Below are positions 50,755 through 64,000 of a stretch of DNA of 64,000 nt, in pieces. Under the pieces are notes generated by a model that made no database searches, was not told the origin of the DNA, and worked only from the letters and a program-made list of their open reading frames with translations. A program made the translations under genes and the position numbers. Each line of letters opens with the position of its first letter. Position 1 is the first letter of the stretch. The stretch is taken from positions 83,707,741 to 83,771,740 of the forward strand of contig CM041465.1 in the NCBI GenBank assembly GCA_023213395.1, written 5' to 3'. The stretch comes from Cycas panzhihuaensis (taxonomy: Eukaryota; Plantae; Cycadophyta).

Positions 50755-53700
50755 CTACCAAGAAATATAAAATATGTATGTTTTCTGAATTACAAAATCT
50801 TGATTATATATAATAAGTAAGTAATAAAAACTATAAGTACATAGTACATAATATTTTACATGGTAAAGCCTTTTGGTAAAAAAAACCATCACAAAGATCA
50901 TTAGATTACATTGATGATTCCTTGGATGATTTTATAATAAAATCTAGGGTTATTTATAATCCCCTAAATAGTACATCAAACCTAAATAGTTATGACCCTA
51001 CAAAATATTCATACCTTTTGACTTAATATTAATTAAACCATATTTTTATATTAATTAAGGAGTTTAATCTTAACTACCATGTTAAAATCCCCCCTTAATG
51101 TAAATACGAGGATTTAATCTATAGTTTAAAATCATTGATAAATTCTAGGATTATCCTTGATAATACATCCCACCTTAAGGATAACTTCTCCAAGTCCTAA
51201 TCTAGTATGAATCTTAGTGAATTGATCTTTAATAAGTGCCTTGGTAAGTACATCTACAAGATGCTTCTCACTCAAGTAATATTCAACTTATAACTTGCTT
51301 GCTTTGATCTATTTATATATTTAGTAGAGTTGGATTTTTGTGTCATCTCAGGTAGACCTAAACTAGACATCTCTTAATCGATGAAGTGTTTCTTTTGTTT
51401 CAGATGGGACTAAGAGATATAAGGTTTAAGATAACCTAAGTAACTGTCTTTGCCCAACTCTTAAGAAGGAGTCTTCACCTAGTTATGTTATCAAGTAACA
51501 TATGAATGAAGAATGCAATTAAAGGTTTGGATGTATGGGGGTGGTAGAATCCACTTACCTACACAACTGGGTGAAGGAGTTCTAGATTTAGGGCTACTCT
51601 GACAATATCTTCTATATCCTTCCTAGGGACTCTTGTCCTTTAATTTTTTTAACTTTTTGAGCTTTACTTAGATAAAGGAAAGGGTTAAGAAAATGGCAAT
51701 TATTTTCTTTCTTTCTTTTTTTATTTTTTATTTTGTTTTGTAATAAAGTAAAACATAATAAACCTAGGTGATCTATGAAGTAATAAGGCTTATTCTACCT
51801 TTAACCAATAAGCAAAAGAAACTAGAACTAGATGCATGCAATGTATTTTTTGTCTTTTTTTTTTTTTTACTTTAAAGACAAAGCACACTAATGCAAACAT
51901 GAAACTATCCTTTAAAATAACAATATGCACACTTCACTATAAAATAAAAAGATACTAACAAGAGATAGAACACACCATGCAATCACTTTATGCAAGTTTT
52001 CAAAGAATTTGATAATATATAATGCTAGTTAAACGATTTTATTTTACACACATACAATTTTTTTTTTAATGAATATTCTATGATGTAAGAAGAGAAATTT
52101 TAAAGATATATTACTATTGTTTTAAATCAAATTTTAGACCTTTTAAAATTGTATGCAAGCCACAAAACCTTAATTACAATTGCTTATACAAGATACTAGC
52201 CACACAACTTTAAAATTCTATCTTTATTAGAGTAAGAAAGACTCCAAAGAGATCCTTGGATCTCTAATAGTCCAAAAAAATAAGTGTACTTTATACTCAA
52301 CACTTTAAATTCTCTTTTTAAGGAAAAGAAACTAATCTTAAAAGTGAAATCAGCTAACAATGAAACTATGAAATCAAGTCTTCTTTCCTAGTATAAAAAC
52401 CTACATCAAATGGCTCTTTTCTTTCAATTGATCAATTCTTTCTAATATTTTCCTTTAGAAACAAGTAAAAGAAGAGAAACAACAAGAAACAAGGGCTAAA
52501 TGATAACCAAACGAAGCTAAAAGAGACAACAAATTGCTTGGAATATAGACTATTATGCAAGAATGAGAAGGGGTAGCTATTTGAATGGTGGAGAGATGAT
52601 GATGCCCCACCTTAATCTATCCCTTATGAGCCCCATAAAGGGCTAGTCTTTCAACTAATATTCTAATCCAAAAACATATATAAAATCACAACAATAACTA
52701 GCTAAAAGAAAGAGCAAGTTCTAAGCAAGAAAACAACCCTCAACAGATAATAGAATAACAAGAAATCACATAGGAAAGGTCTTACCAATTTAGAAGAACT
52801 TTAAGGCTAAAGCCTTTGAGGAAAACCATAAAAGTTAAATATCAAACCATCAATATTCAAATACCAATGAAGAATCATATCACAATATTAAATTCTTCTC
52901 TCAATTTCACTTATAAGCATTGCCAAAATCAATCTTAAAGTTATAGTAGTAGCGATCCTCAAAAAATCTCTAAAAGAATCACTAAAAATCCACACAAAAC
53001 TTGAATAATTCACACCCTTACCCTCAATGATGAATGACAATACCTTTTTCATCATTCCTGGATGTAAAAAAGATAAGATTCCATCAAATCTAGGTGGTGA
53101 CATACAAAAATCTAACGTGCTTGCTGAGTTTTGCATGCATGGTAGATAAAAATATGAGCGGTCACATTTTTGGACCTATGAAAAATGTAATTTTACTCTA
53201 AAAATGTAACTAGTTGCATTTTTGGAAACACAAAAATATGACAAATGGGGACATAAAAATCAACTCATCAAAAAGTCAAAAAAAAAACTTTTAAATATAA
53301 ATTAAAATATAAATGACTTTATGAATGAGTAAAGAGGCCCAAAACAAGATGAAAACAATGAGCATAAGGCCAAACATGATTAAAAATAATAAAAGTTGGG
53401 TGAAATCAAGAATAAAACATAAAAATAACAAGTTTTAAAGGAAACATTAGACTAAATTGATCATGAAGGAAATATTTTAGTGTCATAGTCTCAGTCATCG
53501 ATAGGTAATAGTCAAATATACATCACATCATCATTTATTATGCATCATAAAGTAAAATCAATATATTAATTCATTAAAACATAGCCTAACTTATCATAAA
53601 ACAAATCTATCATGCATCTTTTCTATGAAACCATACGAGAACTAGATCAAAAATCATAAATACAAACAAGAGACTAGGTTTTGGTGAAATAGATTTTAAT

Positions 53701-56700
53701 ATGTTTCGTATGTATGTGAGACTTTGGATTCACTAATAAATGAATAATGTTGTAGTTATTAACTAAAATAACTAGGATACTATGAGATATACTAAGGATA
53801 TCTAAAAGTCCTTATGGCCATACATCTTCTCTTACACTAATTATGAGTCCTTGATACTCTACATTTATAAAAGATAGTACCACTATCATCTACTTCTTTA
53901 AATGTTATGATATAAATATATTGCTAACATGAAATACATATTTGGTAGTGAATTTTTTATTATCAAAGTCTTCTTCCCAATCTACATTAATGTAGCCATA
54001 AAACTTTATATCTTTATCATGGAAGTACTCCAAACCAAGTTTAAGAGTTCCTTTTAAATATCTTAGAATTTACTTTGCTACAACCTAATGTGGCTTATAT
54101 GGATTCTACATGTAGCAGAAGACTAGCCTAATAACATAAACAATATTTATCCTAGTTGGAGTCAAATAGGTTAGACTCCCTACTAGTTATCTATATAATT
54201 TTCCATATATAATAGGATGTTTCATATCTTTTAAGAGTTTTGTGCCTTTGGTGTATGGTATTCGAATAAGCTTGTAGTACTATATCTTGAATTTATCAAT
54301 CAAGATCTTCATATTTTTTGTTTATAACACTAACATTTTATCTTCTGTATGCCTTACCTCAATGCTTAAGAAGTAAAGTAGAGCCCTGATATCTATCATG
54401 TTAAAGGTTTCTCCCAAATTATGTTTTACTTATATAATAGTCTTATTATAGTTGCCAATAATGATTAAATCATCAACATACAATATAATAGCTCCTATTA
54501 ACATTTATTTCTTTTGAATATATAGATTTAGCTCTAGATCTATAGTAATAAATCATTCTTCATTTAATTTAATATCAATATTTATATATCAAACACATGG
54601 TACTTGTTTCAAACCATAGAGTGAATTTTTTAATTAGTATATGAGATGCTCTTATCCTTCCTTGATGAAGCCAAGAGGTTGCACCATGTATATCTCCTCT
54701 TTAAACTCTCTATTAAGGAATGTTGATTTCACATTTAATTTATGTAATTCCTAACTATATTTTATTGTTAGTAAAAAGATCAAATAGATTGTCATCATTT
54801 TAGAGATTGGTATAAATCTCTCCTTATATTCAATCCTTTAATTCTACTTAAACCCTTACAAAAGAAGTCTCTCTTTGTGCCCATTAACCTCTCTATTACA
54901 GTGGATCTTGATCTTACAAACCTACTTAAAACCAATAAGGTTTCTTAAGAGATAAAGGAACTAACTCCCATGTTTCATTTTTTATGAGAAAACTAAATTT
55001 CTCCTCCATAATAGCTCTCCAAGGAGGATCAACTTTTGCTTCATCTTATGAAGCTAGGCCTTGGGAGTTACAGGTATCTAGTACTAGAGTTTGATTGGCA
55101 TGTTAGCTTCTCGTTCATCATCCATTTGTAAGATTTTACATCACACTAGAATCTTAAATGGTCTTCCTATCCTATAATGGCATAGAAACACCCAATGTTA
55201 TAAGTGTTTTACATGTGATTGCTCCTTCTTATTACCTTCTCCACTTAATTCTTCTTCCCTCTAAATCACAATTCTTAGTTCCTCTTCCTCTATAGATAAG
55301 GAAGAACCAACATGAAATGGCAATAACAAAAGGTAAAAGAATTATTTAGATAACATCTTCTTAGCAAGATACATCATAAACTCACCAAATTCTACATCTT
55401 GACTAATCATAAGTTTTCTCCCATGTATATCCCACAATCTACAAGATTTATTTTTTATTAGAATACTCCATAATTATACACTTCAAACTCTTGTGATCTT
55501 TTTTTTGTTTTTTTATCTAGGATGTGCACATATGCAATGCACTGAATGAACTACTTTTAAACTACTTTATTTTTATGGGTGATACCATGAATTGATTTTT
55601 TCAGTATATTATATAGGATATAAATAATAATCCTAGTAACTTTTATCTAAAATTTAGGTTTCAAATTCTTTGTATGTAACATACATCTTATCATTTCCAT
55701 CATGGTATGGTCTTATCTTTTAACAACACTATTTTGTTGTGAGCTATATGGGACTATAAATTCTTGCTTTATAATATGATTTAAATAGAACCAATTAAAA
55801 GTATTATTATTGTATTCATTTCTATTATCATTCCTTAAAATTTTTATTTTTATTTTACATTTCATTCTTGACACATACCTTCCATTTGTAAAAGTGATTA
55901 AATATATTTAGACTTATTCTTTAGGAAATTTACCTAAGACTTCCTAGTATAATCATCTATAAACATTAAAGTACAATGAGCTCTAAACATGAAAGGGTTT
56001 AGTAGTGGAACTATAACATCAAACTAAATGAGCTCTATCTTCTCCTTGTCTCTATAGGTATGATCAAAAGTAAAAGGATAACAATGATGCTTCTTGTACA
56101 TACACTCTTCATGTATACCTTCTGAACAAGAAATATAGGATAATTCCTCTACTATATTTAGTTGATTTATAAGTTCTATGCTTTTGTGATTAAGGTGTTT
56201 AAGGCATTCATACTAAAGTTTACACACATCATCAGTGCTAACTATAAAGGCATAAGATTGATTATGATATTAAAACTTCCCAAATACCAAAAAAATATCC
56301 CTCATTTTTTTAGTTGTAATGATAGAGAAATTTTGCTTCAGATCCTTAATTAGGCATATATCTTTATAGAGATCAACCCTCATACCTTGTTTGTATATCT
56401 TTTTAGACTGATAGAAGGTTCATCTTCATTTTAGGTATGTGATACACCCCTTTAAATTTACCTCTTACAAGTGAAATAGTGCTAACATCCTCAAAAGGTA
56501 ATATACTCACATCTCTAAGAATGATTTTTACTTCACTGGGACTAGCATTCTATGTGTTATTAAGGTTCTGCTTCTAGAAAGAAATGTGTTTATGTGCTCC
56601 TAAGTCTAAAATCTAGCCATCTCTTTACTTTGACTTAGATAACAAGGCTAATAACTTTGTATAATAAGCTGTAACACCTTTCCTTTCTCATCTTGTTTTA

Positions 56701-57401
56701 TGTTTATCTTATCTTTTAAACTTATAGTTCTTCTCTTTATGGATATCTTTCTTATAGTAAATACATTTAATAATAAATTTATTCTTCTCCTATGATATTT
56801 ATCTTAATTCTAATGTATACTTTCCTTCTTAAACATCGTCACTCCCCTAATTCTTCATGAATGAGGCTTGATTTTATTCAAAACCATTGAGGAGGCCATG
56901 GTACTTCAACTTGGAATCCTTAGATAGAATGAGACTTTTTAATTTCTTAAATGTTACATCCTTTATTATATCATCCATTATATAAATGGTTTAAAAGGTT
57001 CCAAATACAATTAAAAAATTTGATATAACTAATGCAAATAATAGTGCATTATTAACTAAGCCAAATTTAATCTCTTCTAATTTATTCATCAAATTTAATC
57101 ATTTTATTTAGCTAGGTGTTTATGTTGCTTTCATCCTTTAAGTAGTTCCATTATCAAAGTAACATAGTAATTTATCTTCTTCTTTTTGAATGTCTTATAT
57201 AATTTTATCTAAATTTCATTTGATTTATCTAAATTATGGATTATGGCCCTCTAGTTAGGTGCTATAAATAATTTCAATAGCCTAACAACCATAAGTTACT
57301 TCTCCTCTTAACAAGTTTACTCTTCCATATTTAAAGGAATTGTAAACAACTCATCTTTGGTAATCCCCTGAAGTTGATTCATCATTAAAACCAACTCCAT
57401 G
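50755..57401 (-). mobile_element. Element J: decayed Ty1/copia related to D (3' LTR ~50755-51087, PPT 51088-51096); interrupted by L and cut in 5' gag by K
   Basis: LTR and internal sequence colinear with D (e.g. taactaccatgttaaaatccccccttaatgt vs taactaccacattaacatccccccttaatgt); RT YVDDLII near 54460-54485; integrase PYSSQQN near 55735-55755. Confidence 0.88.
51337..53691 (-). mobile_element. Element L: ~2.35-kb solo LTR of the K family in the RNase H region of J
   Basis: Reverse complement is colinear with 57402-59750 (tatttcaccaaaacctag vs tgtttcaccaaaacctag; shared tctagtttaggtc at the other end); GATT(TT) duplicated at both junctions. Confidence 0.85.
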
Positions 57402-60400
57402 TGTTTCACCAAAACCTAGCCCTTGATTGGCATTTGGTTTGTAGTTATAAGATCTTGACATGCTTATTGTATGGTTTCATGGAAAAATAAAAGATGTATT
57501 TATTTGATCATGATTTAGGCCATGTTTTGATGAAGGAATGTATGAATTTGATTTAATGATTTATAATGAATGATGACATGACTTGTATTTTTACTATCAT
57601 CTATGGATGATTAAGACTATGGCACTTAAAATTTTCCCTCAAGATCAATTTCATCTAATGCTTCCTTTAAAGCCTTTATTTTTACATATTTTTGTCCTTG
57701 ATTTCACCTAACTTGGTCATTTCTTATAATTTTTCAGTTTGTATTTAATATTTTCACCTTATCCTGGGCTTATTTACTCATTTATAAATTCATTTGGTGT
57801 TTCAATTTCTATTTTTATATTAAATTTGGCTTTTTTTCAAACAAATTTCACCTCCACATTTATCGCATTTTTGGCACTACAAAGATGCAACCAATCGTAT
57901 TTTTTACTATCACACATTCAAAACTTGGCTAGTATGTTAGAATTTTACATGTTGCTACCTAGATTTGATAGGATTTGATCTCTTTAATGCCCAAAAATGG
58001 TGTCAAGTTTTTTTTTATTCATGGTTGATGAGTTAGAGGGAATTTTAGCTCAAGTTTATAGTGGATTTTTAAAGTTTACGTAGAGATTTTGAAGATTGCT
58101 CTTATTATGGATGAAACTTGATTTTTGAAGAGACTTATAGGTGAAATCATGGAAGATTTTTGATGCTGTGACTTCATGACTTATAGATATTTGAGTGTTG
58201 ATGATCTAAGCATCAGTCTTGTAGACTTTTATCAATGTTTCATGCTTCAAACTTCTTCCAAATTGGTAAGGTCTTTCCTATTCTGTATCTAATTCATTTA
58301 ACAGTGTTTTGAAGGTGGTTCATACTTAGAAATTACTTCTTTCTTTAGCTAATTGTTGTGTTGATTTTATACTCATTTTGGGCCTTGAACTACTTGCATA
58401 AAGGACAACCCTTTGTGGGGTTCCTTAAGGGTTAGACTAGGGTGGGGCATGGTCATCTCTCCACCACTTATCTAGTTATCCCTTTCCATTCTTCTATAGC
58501 AGCTTGTATTTCAAGCAATTTGCCACTTCTTCTTAGCATTTTTTGGCTATGGTTTAGCCTTTTTATTTGGTTAGTTTTCTTCCTTGGCTTGCTTTAAGGG
58601 AAAGTATTAGGAAATATTAATTAGTTAGAAGAAAAATTCCATTTTGAGGCATTCATTTACAATAGAAAAGAAGCTGTAATTTCATGATCTTGTGGTTTGT
58701 TTATTTTCACTCTTAAGTTTACCTTTTTTGCTCTTAAAAAAGAAAGTTAAAAATGATAAAAAGTAAATGTGTATTTGATTTTTCAATTTGTTAAAGGCTC
58801 AAGGATCCTTTTAGAGTCTTTCTTACTCCAACTCTGATAGAGTCTCTAAAGTTAGTTTCTTGTTCGAAGTTGTGGTTTAGATTTATTGATTATATGTGGT
58901 CTTATAAATATAAAAAATCATAAGAAATAATAGCAGTAACATTTTTTCAAATCTCTTTTCTTTTCACATCATACATCGTCTTTTTTCAAAGAATTAGTTG
59001 CATGCATGTAAAATAATCTCTTTCAAATAACATTATATATCATTGATTTCTTTAGAAAGTTTACATAAATAATCATATTGTATGGGTTACATCTCTTGAA
59101 AATACCTTTTCATTCATCGTAAGGTACATATGTTGCATGTAAGAAGATAATTTCATATTTGTATTTACATATTTTATTTTCTTTAAAAGAAAAAAAAAAA
59201 AGACATAAAAAGTTTATATGCATGTAGTTGTAACTTTCCTTTGTTTATTGATTGAAAGTAAAATAGGCTTTTGATGTATTTTATTTTGCTTTATTGAACA
59301 AAAAACAAAAAATACAAAAAAGGAAACACAAGAAACAACAAAGAAAGGAAATAAGAAAAAGGAGGAAAAAAAGAAGAAGAACTTTTCCATTTGTTTACAC
59401 TTTCTTATATCCTAGTAGAACCTAAAAGGTTGAAAAGATTATTTAAAAGGAGTCCCTAGGAAGGATATTAAAAATACTATCAGTGTAGCTCCAAATTTAG
59501 AACTCCTTTGCCTAGTTTTATATATTAGTGGATTCTATTATGTCCCCTTTCATATCCATACCTTTCATCACATTTTAAATCCACACTTCATTAGATAGTA
59601 TAACTAAGCGAAGACTCCTTCTTAGGAGTTGGGCAAAGGTAGTCCCTTAGGATTTCTTGAACTCTATATCCCTTACTTTTAATTGAGATAAACACGATAC
59701 CTTAACAATTAATGTATATCTAGTTTAGGTCCTCCCAAGAAATCCCAACCATATTTCTAGCGATTGTAATGGGGAGCTACCATTTATTTTCTTTTAAAGC
59801 AATGAAAATTATAACACCTACTCCTAGGTATTCCTTGAGGCTCCAAGGCCTTTCACCTGATTCTCAATTGTGCCCTTCTCACTTTGGTCAAGAAGTCTTA
59901 TCATCCTATGTTGAATCTTCCAAACTTCATGCACATGATACTTATGTCTATTCTTCTAAAGATTCAACCTAATTATATAATATACTAGTGGAACGAGGAT
60001 ACCTTGAACCCTCTCAATATCTTGGTGATTATTCTTTTGTAGATCCTTCATTCACATAAAAAGAACCACCTTCTAGTTAACCACATTTATCTTTCTTTGA
60101 GTTAGTTCTCACTAGGATCCCTACTCCACTACATATGCATGGTTACCATGACCTATTTTACCTAGAGACTCATACCATGACATCCCTATTGCAACATATT
60201 TAGATTGATCTATTAGGTGAGGATTATAAGTCGATAGAGGTAGAGCCCCCACCTAATGATGTTTGGTCTCCTCATCCTTCCTCACCAAGACCTATGTAGT
60301 GATCCTATTCCCTATCTTTGGAGGAAGTTTATGACCATAAATTAACTCATTCATAGCCTTGTCAATCCCCCTAAACAACAAGTTTGGATTCACTTGTCTC

Positions 60401-63400
60401 ATTCCATACCTCCTACCCATGGAGGTACTACCATTACTTCCTATGGAAACTCTAGTACTATGCATATATCCACTTTCAATCAAGTGGTTATGGCTTCACC
60501 CAGTTTGTGACTAATTCATTCTTATTCTATTAGGATTACCCCTTCCTATCTTGTTTCCTCTACCATTCAATTACCCCCTCATGCATCATATATCATTTGG
60601 TCCTATGGTGTTAGACCTCACCCACCATCTCCTAGAGCGTCTAACATGATTCCTTCTTCACAACATGTTACTCACACTTATTCCATTCATCCTCATGTTT
60701 CGACAAGTCAATCACAAGCTTTGAGGATTTCCAATCCTACTTCTTATTCACACATTCATAGACCTACTCCATAACCCAATCTTTTTTGCACTTTCGATCT
60801 AAGTTTCCCTCAACATCTTATACCTCAAACCAACTCTATGGTTAACCTTGTAGCATGGTTTAACCCCCCCTTTACTTTTCCACCCCATGAAGTTTTACAA
60901 CAACAATCATAATCATAACAACATGTTAATTCATATACTCCACATCCATCATCCTCACCTCAATGTTCTACTATGTTGAGGCCAAGGATACCTTTCCTAG
61001 ATTATATGAAGTCTTCCTTCCTATGTGAGGTCTTGTTATCACCTATGCCTCCATTTCTTCTTGAGTTTCCTAAATTTTCTGGTGACTCTTCTCAAGACCC
61101 TACCTCCCATATTTAGAAATTTACATTTGCTTGCATGGATTTCATACCATACAATCATGTCATGATACACCTATTTCCTAAATCACTCCAAGGTGATGCC
61201 TTGAGGTAGTTTACGATCTCCCTTCAACTTCTATTCTCTCGTTCCAATAATTAGTTGACTCCTTTATCAACTATTTTGATGTGGCACGACCATTTGAATT
61301 AGGCATTAAATCTTTACTAGCTATGAAGTAGAACCATAATGAGACACCAAGGGATATTGTCAAGAGATTCCAAGACTAAGTACATGCTTATCACTGATGT
61401 CTTAACCCTAGCTTATTATTCAACTTATTTACCAATGTGTTGCGGCCCCATATGCACTTATAAGTTCTAAAACTAGGCCCTCAAATATATGAAGAAGTGG
61501 TTGATCATTGTTTAGCCCTAAAAACATTCAAAATTTAAGTAGGTATTAAGAAGGTTGGGAAACCCATGCCTTCTAAAGAAATAATCCAAACCATGAAGGC
61601 CTCCCATCCTAAACCCACTTATAATCATATCACTTCTTTAATTAGATCATTACAATATGTGATCAATACTAAATTGTATATTGATGCTTCTTCTCAGAGT
61701 TAGCCTTCCCAAGAGACTAAAGTTATTCACCTTACTAATAGGAGGAAGAAATAGGCTCATCCCCCACCTCTTCCTCCCTTTAGAAAGATAAAATGGTTCT
61801 CATATCATCAAATTAATGCACATCATAGAAGTGATTACTGAATAATTCAAAATGCTACATAAAATACAAGTGTCCAAACAAACCACTCTTCTAAGTCTCA
61901 TCAAGACTAAATGATGCATAAGGATCCATTGCCTCAACATAATGAAAAGATAAGTAAATATGATAAAGGTAAAGAAAAGTAGGTGCAAGATGATGAAGGT
62001 GAACCTTCAAGTCCTAATTCATTAAAGAAGACTACCACTCCCACAAATTCTCTAACAGAAAGAAATGACAATCAATCTCACCCACCTCCCAAAGGTGGGG
62101 ACACTAAGAGAACCATAAACATAGTGGAGACTACAAAGAGTGTAAGTCCATCCAAATCATCTAATGATTTGATGGTGAGGAATCATGACTCTTTACCTCT
62201 AGTATCCCCTCATCCCATTAAGTTTAGGCCTATTCCCTCTAGTTTAAATGATGGATCTTTCTCCTTAGTAGAAGAATTAAAAATCATTTTGGTAAGCATA
62301 TCAATTATCGATTTAATAAAGCATTACCCTGAGTAATATCATCTTCTATGTAATGTATTGGGAGTTGTTGCAGTAATTTCTTCACCCACTTCTATGCTTT
62401 CTTTTGACCTTGCTACCTTATCTAGTCATTTCACCCATGTGCTAAATGACATACCCCCATTTTACATCGAGATTACAAAGGATGATATCAATATCAGGCG
62501 AGTTATTATTGATGAGGGATCATCTATCAATGTAATCCCTCTTTGGCTTGTTAAGGATTTGGAGATTTTTGTTTTTGATCCATGCGAGTGGATTTGCCAA
62601 AGGTGTGGTAAGAATCAGAAGGTGCCCTTGGGTCAAGTCACTCTTCCTCTTACATTGGAAGAAAGACAGTTCTTACCGAGCTTACTATCATCGATCTAGA
62701 CTTAGAATATAACATACATTTGGGTAAACTATAGATCACCCAAATGGCAGTGGTTTATTGCTCCCTCTTTAGTGAACTTAGGTTCATCTATAAGGGACAA
62801 TTGAAGATTATTAAGTGAAAGCCTAAACCTATTAAGTAATTAGTTCCTTTTATTGAGACTTTTCTAAAACCTATTGAGTCCTCTAATTCCATGGAGTATT
62901 TCTTTCAATCACTTGGTTTAGGTCAATACTTTGCTATTGAAGCCTCTTCTACCTAACTAAAGGTAAATAATATGGATTTAGTTGAAATTGTTCCTTTCTC
63001 ACTAGGCTCCCCATCTACTCTTATTCCTTCAGATTTTACTGATTGCTCTTTAGTTTCTTCTTCTTCCATTTTTGATGAAGAAGTGGCTTCTCACTCTACT
63101 GTATCTCATCAAGGTCCACCCCTAGTTGGGCTTACTAGCATAAGTACCTTTTCTCCTATTCAGGCTTGTTTCTCATAGGTTTTATGCTTGTCCTTAGGGG
63201 TAAATCTAGTGGTTCCTACCTTTACCACTGATTTGGTTACTACTTTTTCAAGTGTAGTTGTGTATGATTCAAATGTTGATGCTCCCCTATCTTTCTCTCA
63301 CTCCTCTTTCTTTAATACATGGTTGAATAGATATAAGAGGAAGATGTTGTTGCATTGATACTTAGACCTAGAATCAGGGGGTGAAGATATTAATTCACTT

Positions 63401-64000
63401 GATACAAGTTAAAATAGTTGTGATACCTCCACTATAGTATAGAAAGTTAATTCCATCTCCATTATCTCTTTTCCTACTTATCCTCATGTGGATCCTTTGC
63501 CGTCATCTCTTATTTTGATATCTTAGACTAATCATAATCATGGTGTGAATCATCGAGAGTTTAATTAAGTTTTTTCTTTAGTTTGGGAGTTCATTGGTGG
63601 GCCCATTTACTTTTCTCATGTTTCTTCAATTATGGAGTTTGTTCCCACTTATCTAAACTCTTTGATTATTTCTGTTTCACCCTTCATACCTGTCTTTATG
63701 TCTGATTTCCAATATATAAACCTTCTCCTCATCAATCTCTTTTATTTGGATCATTTTAAAAATGACGAGGTGATTGCAGAGTATATAGTAGGTTCATCTC
63801 CTGATTTCCCTCATGGATATCATAAGTTAGGCTTCTTAAAAGTTATAGTTAATCATTCACAACCCCAAGAGTCTATTTCTTTAATTGAGCCTACCCCTCC
63901 TCATTTTAAGGAAGGGAATATAATACTTATGGAATAAACCATTGATGTAGATTTGGAGATAGAGGATATTCCTCGAATTATCAAGTTGGGAGCTAGTTGT
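57402..64000 (+). mobile_element. Element K: Tat/Ogre-like Ty3/gypsy (5' LTR 57402-~59753, PBS 59758-59775, gag, protease, pre-RT region), inserted in J; runs off the window
   Basis: LTR starts TGTTTC and matches solo LTR L; PBS-like TAGCGATTGTAATGGGGA; coding region homologous to C and F. Confidence 0.85.
59802..64000 (+). pseudogene. gypsy gag-protease-(pre-RT) pseudogene of K
   Basis: Proline-rich gag N-terminus; FPKFSGDSSQDP...LFPKSLQGDAL; ORF 62358-62699 RRVIIDEGSSINVIP (protease); terminal TIDVDLEIEDIPRIIKLGASC resembles the segment preceding RT in non-chromovirus gypsy elements. Confidence 0.88.

Noticed and set aside
453-63937. Short ORFs of the supplied track as host genes or small proteins
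   Set aside because: They are either fragments of TE polyproteins or antisense/LTR-derived chance ORFs. The similar ORFs 28620-28877 and 35231-35509 simply reflect the two LTRs of G.
1-64000. Assignment to a specific species
   Set aside because: The element types and decay pattern suggest a large gymnosperm-like genome, but nothing in the window identifies the organism.

Overview
This is AT-rich, strongly CpG-depleted land-plant heterochromatin, gymnosperm-like by inference only. I found no intact host gene, rRNA, tRNA or CRISPR array. Almost the whole window is a nest of decayed LTR retrotransposons. There are five Ty1/copia elements with tRNA-Met PBS or a clear gag-PR-IN-RT-RH order (labelled B, D, G, H, J). 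There are three Tat/Ogre-like Ty3/gypsy elements with multi-kb LTRs and a tRNA-Arg-type PBS (C, F, K), plus three solo LTRs of that group (E, I, L). Two further partial Met-PBS elements (A, M) complete the set. The insertion order can be rebuilt from split LTRs and target-site duplications, for example M > C > B > A and C > D > E. The most notable non-routine signals are: (i) a decayed, intron-containing plant mobile domain (PMD) gene at ~23.8-25.7 kb, co-oriented with and downstream of a gag-only gypsy element; (ii) a well-preserved 253-bp foldback at 49770-50022; (iii) a second PPT+TG inside a conserved hairpin in two related copia elements; (iv) solo LTRs whose TSDs do not fit the usual 5 bp. 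All boundaries were read by eye and may be off by a few bases.
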